From the NCBI GenBank assembly GCA_963803665.1, contig CAWDNO010000005.1, positions 187,204-251,203 on the forward strand: DNA of 64,000 nt, given 5' to 3'. The notes under the pieces are model-generated. The model had not been told where the DNA came from and did not search any database. It was given only the letters and a program-made list of their open reading frames with translations. Shown here piece after piece: positions 19,576 through 31,213 of the stretch (within the stretch, counting starts at the first letter, position 1; each line of letters opens with the position of its first letter). Source of the stretch: an uncultured Acidobacteriota bacterium (GTDB lineage Bacteria; Acidobacteriota; Terriglobia; Terriglobales; Acidobacteriaceae). Position numbers and translations under genes: made by a program.

Positions 19576-20689
19576 TATGCCGATACAAAAGTTTTCCTGC
19601 AGTACTTAGAAAAGCATCTGGGGACACGGAAACAACCTGGCGGAGAATTGCTTTATCCCAGCTACTGAGGGTCATGTGCGAACTGTATGGGTACCCCCAG
19701 TAACTAAGTGACTTGCCGACAGCTCCCCAATGTTCTTTAAACGATATTAGGCCGGGGTTATTATTCTCGGAACGTCCCATTTCCAATTCTTCGATACATT
19801 TTTCTTTGGCTTCCTGGATGGTATTCCAGAACAGAAGCGCCATTCCGCCAAGTCTGTGAAAGCGCGCATCGCTGCAACCGTACTTGTAGATCATCGATTT
19901 CTGGTGGGTGAGTGTGAGAATACTCGCAATCGGCAAATCATTCTTCGAGGCTACTCGGATTCTGAGGTCATCGCCGAACGCATGAATAAGGGCCCGAAAC
20001 CAAGACAAAGGTTGGGGCGGCAGGCATTGGCGCCGGCGGGTTGCCAGCAGCAGCGTGTAAAACTTCTTGAGCAGATTTTCTGAGCTTCCTTCTTCGTATT
20101 GCAGTTTCTCCCGTTCTGCCCTGCGAATTTTTCTCTGCACACAGCTTTTGTGAAAATTCGCAAATAACTGCGATGTGCTTACCCGCAGGTCTAACCTATG
20201 AAGAGAGTATTCGACGCTCCGGTGAAGCCCTGTTTGCTCGCCTGGCTGAAAGGCAGTCGGCCTGATCTCTGCATATTTCCATTTGCCTGAGTCAACGCGA
20301 CGTCTCATCTCGAAGAGCAGATCATCGATTTCCGCTGAGTTGCTTGCTAAAGGCTCGCAGTGGTCGGAGAAGGGCAGCGAGACGAGGCGGCGTCCGGTCA
20401 ACCAGCTCTTGATTCGGCAAAAAACAAGGCCATTCGTCAATGCGGTGTCAGGTGAACAGGTCGTTATTACTATAGGTTCGTAGCCGTATGTCGTGTGCAA
20501 TGCACTGAGCCAGTTCGTGGCATGAAAGACTGAAGCGCGAGGGTGATCCCTGACGAAAACCTTCCACCTGGGATCTGATAACGGATCGGTCTCATAGACA
20601 TTCACCGCGGACGATTCAACTTTGGATGAAATGGAAATTGCCACACGGACACTCGATCGGATTTCTGTTGCTCCGACACATTCGGTCAT
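19568..20689 (-). CDS. FemAB-like / GNAT-fold acyl(aminoacyl)transferase of the kind found in PEP-CTERM EPS loci
   Basis: 373 aa. Contains PRASVFHATNWLSALHTTYGYEPIV. The two-lobed FemAB-like length and the EPS context support the call. Confidence 0.6.
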   Translation of the reverse strand: MTECVGATEIRSSVRVAISISSKVESSAVNVYETDPLSDPRWKVFVRDHPRASVFHATNWLSALHTTYGYEPIVITTCSPDTALTNGLVFCRIKSWLTGRRLVSLPFSDHCEPLASNSAEIDDLLFEMRRRVDSGKWKYAEIRPTAFQPGEQTGLHRSVEYSLHRLDLRVSTSQLFANFHKSCVQRKIRRAEREKLQYEEGSSENLLKKFYTLLLATRRRQCLPPQPLSWFRALIHAFGDDLRIRVASKNDLPIASILTLTHQKSMIYKYGCSDARFHRLGGMALLFWNTIQEAKEKCIEELEMGRSENNNPGLISFKEHWGAVGKSLSYWGYPYSSHMTLSSWDKAILRQVVSVSPDAFLSTAGKLLYRHIG

Positions 20690-20807
20690 TTAGATAGGTT
20701 TCCGGTAATCGTCAGCGTGAAATTCTAATCGGTCGTTTCAGCACAGAATACTGGAACTTACATTGCTTTCGTTTAATTCGCCGCGCACTAGACCTCACTT
20801 CTACCTG

Positions 20808-22175
20808 CTAGCCACAGGTGAATGCACCCACTTTAATGGCGCCAGTGCTGAACTTCAGGATCAGCCGGCCGTCTTGTTCAATGGCATAGGCAATCCGTGC
20901 GCGTTCGCTTCCGGCCCCCTCGATTCGCCACTCTTCACCATTTTCAACAAGTTTCATCTCCGCTCGCTGCCGCCACCAGCGGTTTACTTCACCAGGGGTA
21001 GTTATCCAAACGTCTTTCTTCTTCCTCAACTCATCCAAGTGAGCTAACAACTCCTTGTATATTGCCTGTTCCCGGCCATCCATTACGTAATCTGGATGCA
21101 CAATGAAGCTAATCAGTCCGTGCTTCTCCATGATGAGCTCGATCTGCTGTTTCCATAGGCGGGTCGAATAGTCATTGAGAATGTGAAACAGCATGTAGTC
21201 TTGGGTGGTGGTTACGGGTAACTCCAAAATGTTACCAATGAAATACGGCATGACTGTACAGCAGCCGCCATGCTGCGGATCTAAGTGCGCTACATTCGGC
21301 ACCGACATGTCGTAGGAAAATTGTAATGCGTCATACCAGAGCTGCTTCCGATACAATACCGCCGCGCGAAATCCCTCGATCCCGTACTCTTTTCTGTAAG
21401 CGTTAATCTTAGCCGCGCGCCGAAGAAACTGTTCGCGGTCTTTGTATAAATGACCATCGTGGTTCAGATCGTGGACGACAACCTCGAACCCGCGTTCACG
21501 GATGGAAGCGAGGAACTGAGTGCTGACGCGATAGCGCTCTTCCGGAACTATCTGAAAAGATGCCTTGATTCCGAAGGAGTCATCGATGTCCATTAGTTTC
21601 GGACAGAATTCCCGTCCTACCTCTGTCTCCACATCGTGAGTCATGATTGCGCAACTGGACGCCCCTTCCGGCCAGAACCAGACAAATGGAATCTCACGAG
21701 CTCCACTTGATTTGAGCGCTAGCTGTAGCACCCGGGCCATTAAATTGTCGACAGAACAATCGACAGGCCAATGCGGAAATGATTGCTCTTCCCAACCTTG
21801 TAAATGGATTTTCTTTAGGTAGTTTCTGGCAACGAATGGCAAGGCAGGTCGAACGAGATAATACAGCCTGGACAGAGCTGACCTAAAGTAGCCGCCACGC
21901 CGGTCTTGCGCATATTGTTCGCAACGAAGATTTTCGACTACGTCGGTCAGATCAAATGGCAGGACAGTTGTTCCATCCGAACTGGACGTATCCAGCAAAG
22001 CATCGTGCAGGCTACCCTCTGGGGATTCTGAGACACGCCGTCCACAATACCTGCCGTAACAGACAGCCCCATCCCCGAACCCAAAGTATCCTTTAGTCTG
22101 TGAGAGCGGGCCCCTTTGAGCTAGCCGGACGTCCCTTTCCGGACATCGATAGTAATCAAGGATAATTTTGTTCAC
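20808..22175 (-). CDS. Hypothetical protein with a polysaccharide-deacetylase-like (beta/alpha) core
   Basis: 455 aa. N-terminal YYRCP motif. Core: IMTHDVETEVG ... VVHDLNHDGHLY ... FIVHPDY. Confidence 0.5.
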   Translation of the reverse strand: MNKIILDYYRCPERDVRLAQRGPLSQTKGYFGFGDGAVCYGRYCGRRVSESPEGSLHDALLDTSSSDGTTVLPFDLTDVVENLRCEQYAQDRRGGYFRSALSRLYYLVRPALPFVARNYLKKIHLQGWEEQSFPHWPVDCSVDNLMARVLQLALKSSGAREIPFVWFWPEGASSCAIMTHDVETEVGREFCPKLMDIDDSFGIKASFQIVPEERYRVSTQFLASIRERGFEVVVHDLNHDGHLYKDREQFLRRAAKINAYRKEYGIEGFRAAVLYRKQLWYDALQFSYDMSVPNVAHLDPQHGGCCTVMPYFIGNILELPVTTTQDYMLFHILNDYSTRLWKQQIELIMEKHGLISFIVHPDYVMDGREQAIYKELLAHLDELRKKKDVWITTPGEVNRWWRQRAEMKLVENGEEWRIEGAGSERARIAYAIEQDGRLILKFSTGAIKVGAFTCG

Positions 22176-22298
22176 TATGCTCTGGGCCCCAGTTGGTGAT
22201 ATGTGGGCACGTTCTCCTCTTTTGCAACCGCTGGCTTCAAGGTCGGTGGGAACGATAGCGAAGATGAACCCATGATGCCAATGCGGTTGTCTTGATCA

Positions 22299-23066
22299 CT
22301 AGTTGCCGATTTGATTTGTCGAATAAAGTTCCGCCACAACATCCGCGACCCTCATTATCTTTGCGCCGCGCTCCGCCGCGAAGGAAACAACTGCTTCCAG
22401 CAATGCGGGAGTACACCCGAAGCGAGAGGGTTTGTCCGTTACGTCATGAGAGTAAAAAATAAGCCAGGTTTTGCGGCTCTCGTTTTCGAGGATCAACTCC
22501 TTTGCCGTATCGGCCGCATCCATGCCGCCATACAGACTGTTGGCATGGAGCAGGTTGAGATCCACTTGCGGCCCGTTAAATCCACTACACGTGCCGCGAC
22601 AGCTCAGCATTTGCGGACCCAGATGCTTCTTCGCGCTGAGAGTAACTTCGCCGTATGGGTAAGCAAAATTGTTGGACGGACCGATCGCAATACTCTCACG
22701 AAGCGCTTGTTCACCATGGTCCACATCTCGCTTGAACATCTGAAATGGAGCCTTCTGCGCCGAAAGATGACTAAAAGTATGGTTCGCCACCTCGTGTCCC
22801 CGCTCAATCAGGGAACGCAAGTCTGCGGTGCGAAACTGTTCCCCAAGGTTGTTGTTTTTGTCTATCAATCCCATCGCCACATAATAAGTGGCGCGTCCAC
22901 CATAGCGCTCGATAATAGGCCCACCGTTGGTGAGCGCGTTGCGGGGAAAATCGTCAAAACTGAAGGTAACAATTGGGCCGCGGTTTCCGAGCGGTATCAC
23001 ACGGCTGTAGCAGGAACACCACAGATAGCGCCGTACCGCTCCAATCCGTGAACGCAAGTTCAGCAT
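22299..23066 (-). CDS. Polysaccharide deacetylase (CE4 family)
   Basis: 255 aa. Contains VTFSFDDFPRNA and HEVANHTFSH (CE4 metal-binding motifs). Confidence 0.85.
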   Translation of the reverse strand: MLNLRSRIGAVRRYLWCSCYSRVIPLGNRGPIVTFSFDDFPRNALTNGGPIIERYGGRATYYVAMGLIDKNNNLGEQFRTADLRSLIERGHEVANHTFSHLSAQKAPFQMFKRDVDHGEQALRESIAIGPSNNFAYPYGEVTLSAKKHLGPQMLSCRGTCSGFNGPQVDLNLLHANSLYGGMDAADTAKELILENESRKTWLIFYSHDVTDKPSRFGCTPALLEAVVSFAAERGAKIMRVADVVAELYSTNQIGN

Positions 23067-24673
23067 TATGCAATGCAGGCGGGCTCGTGCACGGTTATTT
23101 TCACGACCCCATCGTCAGGGACTATTCGAACTTTGGGAAACATCAGTCGTGAAACTCCATCCTTGTTTTCTGACTCCTGCATTCCCAAATCCGTGAAAAC
23201 CCGTCCCGACGGAGCGTTTCTCGGAGTCCTGCGGTAATTCGCCCAGAAGTCTCTGTCCATCTCCGAAATGTATTTCCGAATTATATGGCTCAAGAACGCA
23301 TGCTCCACACGTTTGGACTGGATTCGGCAGCTAAACATAAGGTCAGTCATAAGTGGAACACGCCTATCAACAATGCAAAAACCAACAACCCCATAGGTGC
23401 CAAATCGATCTTCCACGTCCAGAACGTAGGTGTCGAGATATGGCGTGGAAAGAATCTGCTTCAGCACACTGCGATCATACCGGTTGCCGGAAAAATTCAT
23501 CTGATTTGTGCGTTGCGTCAGCTCATGAACACGCTCGAGGTTTTCGTCGATCATCGGCCGAATGTTTAATTTGATTTCGCAGTGCCGCAAGAACGCGAGG
23601 TAATCGTCCGCGAAACTCTCTGCCGCGTCCCGCCGTTGGGTTTCCACCCGATACAGCTTGCGCCGGTTACGACTCTCGTCAGTGACGGGGACTTGGCATT
23701 CCTCGAGATTTGCGATCTCCAAATACTTGTTGGCGTTCAAGGTGCGAACATCTGGATGAACCCCGCTGACTTCTTGAAGCTCAAATTCGGAATCGTCGAC
23801 GAACAGCAGCGTGTCCAAACCAATGTTCAACTGATGAGCAATCGTTTGAACAGCTTGGCTTTTTGGTCGCCAGGAAATCTGCGGACTCAAGAAATACTCG
23901 TCGATCCCAAACTTCTTGAGCACTGACATGGCTTCGTCGTGATTGTTCTTACTTGCAACTGACTGGAGAATTCCGCGGCGATCGATCTCCTCAATGACTT
24001 CTTTAATGCTTGACTTCAATGTTAGTTTGTCAACGCCATCCTCGACTAGAATCCCGTCCCACAGCGTATTGTCGAGATCCCACACAACACATTTGACCTT
24101 CTTTGGTTCGGTACTGGATTCAGGAATCGCAGCGATCGGGTCAGGAATTTCACGAACGAAATCCATGAGCCCGAAGAACAGAGTAACTTCATTGTTGTCG
24201 TCGTTGGGAATAAGTTCGACATTAAAGGGCATAGCCAGGTCCACGACCTGTTCGATTTCCTGGAGTGGAATACGAATGCGCTGAAAACCAGGGCCAAGTT
24301 GAATCAGCTTCTGAAAGGGAATTTGCGTTTCCGTATCTATCGAGCGCACAGTCAGTGAAAGCGGAACCCGCTGGGCACCGGGATTGTAGCATTCCAGCAA
24401 GAACGAAGTCGGAAGCAGTTCGCTCGAGTTAGTTCGGTACGCAAGTCTTTTCTTGAGGCTGTATCTCTTGCCGGTAACCATTCCCTTGACAGATGCTGGC
24501 ACCGGCAACTGATACAGGAATGTCCCGATGCGATAATCCCGACGTTCAATCGCAAGCGACTTTTCAATTGAACGAAGGTTGATATTTCCCGGGGCCCACA
24601 GTTTACCCCAGCGTTTAAAACTAATTCGCAAAACATACGAATTCAGAGCCTCGGGGCAATCAATTCTAACCAT
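23066..24673 (-). CDS. HAD-superfamily IIIC / FkbH-like domain protein
   Basis: 535 aa. HAD motif I is KCVVWDLDNTLWDG; also contains LFVDDSEFE. The frame stays open upstream to 24916 with no ATG (see findings). Confidence 0.75.
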   Translation of the reverse strand: MVRIDCPEALNSYVLRISFKRWGKLWAPGNINLRSIEKSLAIERRDYRIGTFLYQLPVPASVKGMVTGKRYSLKKRLAYRTNSSELLPTSFLLECYNPGAQRVPLSLTVRSIDTETQIPFQKLIQLGPGFQRIRIPLQEIEQVVDLAMPFNVELIPNDDNNEVTLFFGLMDFVREIPDPIAAIPESSTEPKKVKCVVWDLDNTLWDGILVEDGVDKLTLKSSIKEVIEEIDRRGILQSVASKNNHDEAMSVLKKFGIDEYFLSPQISWRPKSQAVQTIAHQLNIGLDTLLFVDDSEFELQEVSGVHPDVRTLNANKYLEIANLEECQVPVTDESRNRRKLYRVETQRRDAAESFADDYLAFLRHCEIKLNIRPMIDENLERVHELTQRTNQMNFSGNRYDRSVLKQILSTPYLDTYVLDVEDRFGTYGVVGFCIVDRRVPLMTDLMFSCRIQSKRVEHAFLSHIIRKYISEMDRDFWANYRRTPRNAPSGRVFTDLGMQESENKDGVSRLMFPKVRIVPDDGVVKITVHEPACIA

Positions 24674-24916
24674 CCCGTCTACGAATCTGCGACACTTTCC
24701 ATCCTCGCGGGCGCTGTAAAGATCGCAGGTCGAGTAGCAAGTGGGCCAGACGCACTCAGTGCAATGTTCGCTCCACGGCAGTACAGTACGGTCAACAACG
24801 GTTCGTTTCAGCTCAGCGAACTGAGCAAGTACCTTCGCAGGGATTTGCTTCGAGGATTCGGTATAGTCGATTGGCTTCGGTTTCGTACATAGTATTGGTC
24901 GATTGAAGACTTCGGC

Positions 24917-26851
24917 TTAGTTGCCGACAGTGATGGGAACGTGATCCGTAACTGCCGAAGACGCGGTGGATCGGTCAAGAAACGCCCGATGCCAGAGTTC
25001 AAGCGAGACTAAGGAAAGGATTTCTTTGGGATAACTCTGGAATCGAAGATCTTGATCGATAAGGTGTTCCAGGCAGCCCCTATTAAAGTAGCCTCGAGAT
25101 ACGCTCTCGGAATCGAGCAGAACACTGCGGACCCAATCTTTAAGTTCCGTCCTCATCCAAGATTCGTAAGGAACCGGGAACCCCACCTTTTTGCGGTGCA
25201 AGATTTCTTGAGGCACTCGATCTCGCAGTGCTTCTTTTGCAATGTATTTCGTGGTGAAACCTCGCACTTTGAAATTTTCAGGCAACGACGCTGCGAACTC
25301 CAAAAACTTATGGTCAAGAAACGGGACCCGAAGCTCGATGGAATTGGCCATCGTCATTTTGTCAGCCTTCAACAGCAGGTCGTCGGGCAATGACGTTTTA
25401 GTATCGACATAGAGCATGCGGTTCACTCTTCCCTTAATCGAACCATTGGTCAAGTATCTGGTCACGGCGCTCGTCGAGAAGTCTCGATCCACTGAATGCA
25501 AGAAGTCCGCGGAATACAATTCCCTGGTATTGCTGTTGAAGAAACGGCCGGGACTCGACGTTCGGCTGTAGTAATAGGATTCAAATTTCAGATTCAATAA
25601 CGGCGCGTATTTAGCCACGCGATGTGTGGGCCAGCGGCGATTCAACCTAGAAAGACTAGACGAGAGCTATTCCCTTAAAAGGGCCTAAAAGGCTCTTGAG
25701 TCGTTCCATCCACAGAACATTTCTATAGATTGGATACCCGGCAAAGGCTTCGTCTCCACCCTCTCCGGATATGAGGACTTTTACAAAATCCTTCGCAAGT
25801 CTGGTTACGTAATACAAAGCCACGGCCTGAGGTTCGCAAACTGGTTCTTCCATATACCAGGCAAACTTGGGCAGGAAATCAGCGAATTCTTGCGCGCTGA
25901 TGGTCATCTCATGGTGTTCAGATCCGTAGCGGTTGGCTGCAAGTCGTGCGTAAGGTCTCTCATCTGCTAGCCCAGGAGCAGTCAAATCCCAGCGTAAAAC
26001 TACTGAGATGATGGTTGGTTTTGCCGACAGCCATACCCAGCATGGCCGTAGAGTCAACGCCACCACTTAACAGGAATCCCACCGGCACATCGCTGATCAT
26101 GTGCATGCGAACGCACTCGTCGAGCAAAGTAAGCAGTTTCGTCTCGGCATCCTGCACACTGAAGTCAGTCGGAGCAAACTGCAGATCCCAGTACTGCTTG
26201 ATCCGAGCCTTTCCGTTCCTCACAACCATATGCGACCCGGGCGCAAGCTTGTAAATATTTCGCAGTAGAGTCTCCTCACCGGGAACGAAATAGAAGGAGA
26301 GGAATCTGTCGATCATGCCGGGAACGACTTCTGGCTGCACCTCAGGGTCCGCCAGGATTGCCTTAATCTCGGAAGCGAAAATCAAGGACTTGTCTGATAA
26401 CCAGTAGTAGAGCGGCTTGATGCCTACTCGGTCCCGAGCGAGAAATAGAGTCTTCTGCCGCTCATCCCATATTGCAAACGCAAACATTCCTCGTAACTTC
26501 TCAACACAATCCTCACCGAATTCCTCATACAGATGCACGATAACTTCAGTATCAGTCTGTGTCTTGAACATGTGACCTTTGCCCTGCAGAAAAGTCCGTA
26601 ATTCCTGGTAGTTATATATTTCTCCGTTAAAGACGATCCAAACTGTTCCGTCTTCATTCGAAAGTGGCTGATGGCCCGTGGCCAGATCGATGATAGAGAG
26701 ACGGCGGAACCCTAACCCGACCGGTCCCGACACGTAGTACCCTTCGTCATCTGGCCCGCGATGCGCGATGGTATCCGCCATGGCGCGCAAAAGCGAAGGT
26801 GAGACATTTCGATTCCCGATCAAAATTCAGCTTTCCGCAGATACCACACAC
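24917..26851 (-). pseudogene. Asparagine synthase (glutamine-hydrolysing)-like amidotransferase, exosortase-locus type; at least 3 frame breaks
   Basis: GTG at 26851 gives MCGICGKLNFD (Cys2 nucleophile), 3 nt after the GT2 stop. It continues in ORFs 26823-25960, 26066-25656 (SGGVDS in the overlapping part, EGGDEAFAGY) and 25645-24917. Confidence 0.8.
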
Positions 26852-26854
26852 AGA

Positions 26855-27931
26855 TCAAGACCCTCCGACGAAACCAGCTATTGGCTGACGCCCATTTGTC
26901 CAATACCAAGTGCCCACTTCAGCACCGTGCTCCACTTTGCCACTGCAACCCGAATTCCTTGCCTGTCGCCAAAGGGAAACATCATTGCGAGAAGAATCAA
27001 CCGGGCTATGGCCGCGAATCCCATGGCCGCGCGGTAAAGTGCTGCATACATGCGGTCCCCGGCTCATTCGATAAAACCGCATCATCGCGTTGTAGGTCAT
27101 TACCGTTGACCATTGGCTGACCTTCTGGCGTGAACTGCTGCGGCCGCCGTGATGAACAATCTGCGCCTGTCCTACGTAGTAGCTTGACAACCCAAGCTGT
27201 CGAAGTTTGTAGTTCAGGTCAATATCTTCAGCGTACATAAAGTAGTCTTCAGTCAGCAACCCCGCTCGTTCGAAGACATCCCGTCTTCAGCATCATGCAC
27301 GCACCGGGAATAACGTCCACTTTGACCGGATACTGATTCTCCTCAAAGAGCGAAGCAATATTCCAAAGAAAACAACTTGGAAAGGTCAGTCTTAGATACT
27401 CCACATTGAGAAGTTGATTCACAATGGTGGGAAATGTCTGAATGGAGCTAGTCGAGATAGAGAGATCAGTGTTTAGCAGTTTGCAGCCCACGACGCCCGC
27501 ATCTGGCAGAGACTTAAGTGCTCCAGCATAATGTTGATGGCCGGCTCCATGAGCTTTGTGTCGGGATTCAACAGTAGAATATGTTGCCCCCTGGAATGCC
27601 TAAACCCTAGATTATTGGCGCCGGCGAATCCCACATTCTTTTCGCTTCGCACAATTGTAACTTCGGGAAACTGGTCGTTGAGTAGTTCGATTCGTCCTTC
27701 AGGTGAAGCATTGTCAACAACAATAAGTTCAAAGGAGATCCCGTGCGTATGTTCATAAACACTAGCGACACACTCGAGCAGATAATCCAGCGAGTTCCAG
27801 TTCACGCAGATAATCGAGAGATCTACCACGCGTGAGCTTATGTCTGTAGATTCACTCGGAACGGAGTGAGCCTCGACCATGTCCAGCGATGAGGTGGATT
27901 GACCCATTATCTGATTGATGTTTACTTCCAA
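26855..27931 (-). pseudogene. Glycosyltransferase family 2; 2 frame breaks
   Basis: 27931-27473: LSIICVNWNSLDYL..IVVDNAS..NVGFAGANN. 27491-27249 lies between. 27259-26855: YAEDIDLNYKLRQLG..IVHHGG. Confidence 0.8.
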
Positions 27932-28787
27932 ATGGTTTCGCCACCAAAAAGCCGCGCCAGCTGTTGCTGCCGCAAATACCGGATTAATTCAGGGTCATCG
28001 ACTCTCGGCGTGTGCTGTACATGAGCGCTGACATAGCCGTACACGAGGGCAAACGAGCCCAGAAGATACGGCGATCGAAAAAGACGCACTAGTGACTTGG
28101 CGGCCAGAAATAAGGGATGGTATCCCGAGACGTAATCAATTTTTCCGTCCTTAACGAGCCCGCCCCATCGGCCCCAGGACTCACCCGTGAACCGATGATG
28201 CTGCAGGTGTAACTCGGTAAAGCTGGTCGTGCTCCATCCCAGCATATTGGCTTTAACTTCATCCACAGTGTCTGATCCCGGACCGACCCAAAGCCCGTCG
28301 ATAGCTTCCCAGCATTCTCGCCGGTAAATTTTCACTCCTCCGCGAACATGAAACACAGGATGCTTTTCAAAAACTACCTTCCATCTTCATAGTGATAGAG
28401 AATTCCACCCCCAATGCCGACGTGTGAGTTCTCCGCAAATCGCTTGAATGACTTTTCGAAATAGTCGGGCTCGAAGGAAAGATCGCCATCGAGTTTGCAC
28501 ATGAAATCCCAATCCTGGTATGCCAACTGGTTGAAGCCATCATAGAATGCCTCAATAATTCCCGCGCCCCATTTTCTGAAGCCGCGATCTTTGCGGTGCA
28601 CGGCCTGTATCCACGAATGTTGTCGCGCAGCTTGATCAATAATGGCTCCTGTGCTGTCTTTCGAACCGTCGTTCACAATAATCCACTGCTGCGGCCGGAT
28701 AGTCTGCTTCACCATGCTGTCAATGGTGAGCGGCAAGTATGACTCTTCGTCACGAACCGGAGTAACTACGACATATTGTGTGTTCAT
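27922..28787 (-). pseudogene. Glycosyltransferase family 2 (GT-A); 1 frame break near 28356-28380
   Basis: The ATG at 28787 gives MNTQYVVVTPVRDEESYL..IIVNDGSKDST..KLDGDL (inside ORF 28374..29594). It continues in 28356-27922. Confidence 0.7.
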
Positions 28788-30148
28788 TGCTGAATGAGTC
28801 TCAGTCGAAAAGATGGCGGCTGATCGGTCCAGGCTTGAACTTCTGTTTCGGGACCGGTTCCGCATTAGGCGGTATCGAAACCGCTTGCGACTCCAAAAGC
28901 TTTCTGCGGATTTCAAAGTAAGTTCTGGGTGCACAATCGGTGCCGTGCAGGCGCAAATCATCGCGACCAGCGCGAACCACGCCATTCTCGATTGATCAAA
29001 ATAATTTACGCCAAAGAAGGCTACGACGTTTGCGAACAAGGCCGCACGAAGAAACCACAGAAACCATTCCTGCTTTTCATCTTTTGCTCGCTTTCTTGCA
29101 GCTTCCAGTCTTCCGAAGCATCGCGAGATCACCAGGATATAAAAGACTAAAGCTGCCAGGCCACCCGCTTCTCCCACTGAGACGTACATGTTCTGTGCAT
29201 CCCACATACCCCAACCCCAGGTGGCAGCGTCTTTGGTGCCGATCAGCCACCAACTGGTGAAGTGGTTTACAAATTGATCGATTAGTTCAGCGCGATGATA
29301 ACTGGATGACGAACCGGTCAAGTCAATGCGAGCTATCAGAAACCACACCGGTGCTTTCATCGCCAGGTCCAGACCAATGAGAATGGCGGCTAGACCCAAG
29401 CGCACCCTTTTCATCTTCTTGCGAATGGACCACAAGAGCACAGCCAAAATACCGGCAGCGTATGTCAAAAGCGAGGTGCTGGTTTCCGTGGCAACCGTCA
29501 TCACGGTCGCGGCCACAATTCCCACGATGCTGAGCGTCTTAGCCTTACCGTTTTTCCATAAGTAGAAAAAAGAGCGGGATCGCGGTCGCGGCAAAAGTTC
29601 CGGCCGTCAAAGCATGCTGGAACACCGCCTGCGAACGAATCTTGCCGTCCCGGAGCTCCGGGAACTGGGGTTACTCCTCCCAGCAAGCCGAACACGTTTA
29701 CCATTTTGATTTGCTCAATAACCATGGCGATGGCGAGTACAACCATTAAACCCGCAAAGCATTTGATTGCCAGGAAAGTATCTTTGTCATCACGGATCAA
29801 ACTTCTAAGCAATAGATAACCGATCAGGTGATCCCAAAGGTAACCAATCTGATTCGCCAACGCTCCCGCGTCCGGGTACAGCATCATCGTCGCAGCAGTC
29901 GTGATTCCGACATAGCAGGTAAAGGCCGTATCGATTGAGTTCCAGCCTTCGCCCCAGTTGGATTGTTGTTTTGGGACCTTCGAACTAAGTGCGCGAACGA
30001 ACGCCGCCAGAATCAAAATGCGGCACACAAACAAGTGAACTGTTCCAATAACGATTTGCTGGCCAAAAGGAATCAGAAACATGCTAGCTAGAACCGGCAC
30101 AATAACGTATTTGCGCGGTAACACAAAGAACAGCGCGATTGCCAGCAA
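28788..30148 (-). pseudogene. O-antigen ligase/polymerase-like (Wzy-type) integral membrane protein; at least 1 frame break, 5' end uncertain
   Basis: Polytopic fragments 30148-29590 and 29594-28800 (SLLTYAAGILAVLLW.., SSSYHRAELIDQF, VSVGEAGGLAALVFYILV). Confidence 0.6.
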
Positions 30149-30223
30149 TATCAGCCACCAGCACTGCCGGATGCAGGATGGTTCCGGTAGCGCCTCCGCC
30201 GAATTTAGGTGTGTGCTCTTCCA

Positions 30224-31205
30224 TTACCTGCTCCGGTCTGCTTTTTTAAACACAGCATGGATACTCTCGCCGTCACCTGCGAGCGCAATCATGCGGGTAA
30301 GGAGTGGCTGAAGTGTCAAGCGATACATCTTCCGTACTACTTTTCGCGGAAAGCTCGCGTCGGTGTTCTTGGAGAGAGGCAAACGAACGATCCCAGCTTT
30401 CTTCAAAAGATCAGTTAGGATGTAGTGGGCGCTGTACTCGATGAAGACTTCTCGACCGGTGGTCGAGCGAGACCTTTTCGAGCCCTACCGAACCCGCCAA
30501 CCGGCTCAGGGATTCCGGCGAGAAATGATAAAGGTGCCGGGGAAGTTCCAGCGGATACCAATAAGACCCAAAGACCCGCATGCCCGCCGAATCGATATTC
30601 GGCATCAGGGCATAAAAGATTCCTCCCGGCTTTAGCCATTCAGAAACTTTCGTGAGCACTTCTTTCGGGTGATGAAGATGTTCGAAAACGTGAAAACAAG
30701 TAATCGCGTCAAAGCTGGCGGGCTTGAATGGCGCATCCAGGATGTCGCCGACGAACACTTTGGCGCCGCAACGCGCTAGAGCGCGATTAGCTGATTCGGT
30801 GGACATCTCGACACCGTGAAGATCCCAATTGCCGCCTTTCAGCGTTTCCAGAAACGATCCTGAACTGCATCCCAAATCCAGAATCGTTCCGCCCTGTTTA
30901 TGTAGGCTCAGAGTTTCTCTGCGATCGCGCCAGCGGCCCGGAGAACTCTCTCCCGCAGCCGCAATCTTACGATCGTAATCTTGCCCGTAGTGCTGCCACA
31001 TATCTTCTGGCCGCGGAGCATTCTCCAGCCACACCAGCGAGCAGGAAGAACAGCGCACCAGCCGGTAAATCTCCGTGGCTCCGTGAAAACGATCGGGTGC
31101 CTGCAGTAGGGCTTCTGTAGCATCGTGTCCACAGACGAGGCAGCGGCTCACCGCGGACGGTTCGTCTGCCACCATTGAATTCAGTTCAGCGATCTTCATG
31201 TGCAT
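30224..31205 (-). pseudogene. Class I SAM-dependent methyltransferase; 1 frame break near 30440-30470
   Basis: Contains GTILDLGCSSGSF, DAITCFHVFEHL and a Zn-ribbon-like CLVCGH..CSSC. The C-terminus continues in ORF 30406-30224 (hand translation ..EVFIEYSAHYILTDLLKKAGIV..). Confidence 0.7.
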
Positions 31206-31213
31206 GAAATCCC

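Noticed and set aside
22311-23051. A 246-aa plus-strand ORF lies antisense to the CE4 deacetylase. Similar long antisense or alternative-frame ORFs include 718..1449, 43538..44062, 55179..55757, 39210..39800 and 36903..37511.
   Set aside because: They are shadow ORFs of well-supported genes in a GC-rich sequence. Their compositions are Arg/Ser/Pro-rich, they have no recognisable motifs and no ribosome-binding sites.
28374-29594. A single ORF joins the Wzy-like membrane protein to the GT2 domain, suggesting a polymerase-glycosyltransferase fusion.
   Set aside because: The joining segment (SFWSRKRFRYRLMRNRSRNRSSSLDRSAAIF) is Arg/Ser-rich and looks like out-of-frame or non-coding translation. 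The GT2 has its own ATG at 28787. The region is full of frame breaks, so a hidden indel removing the stop is more likely.
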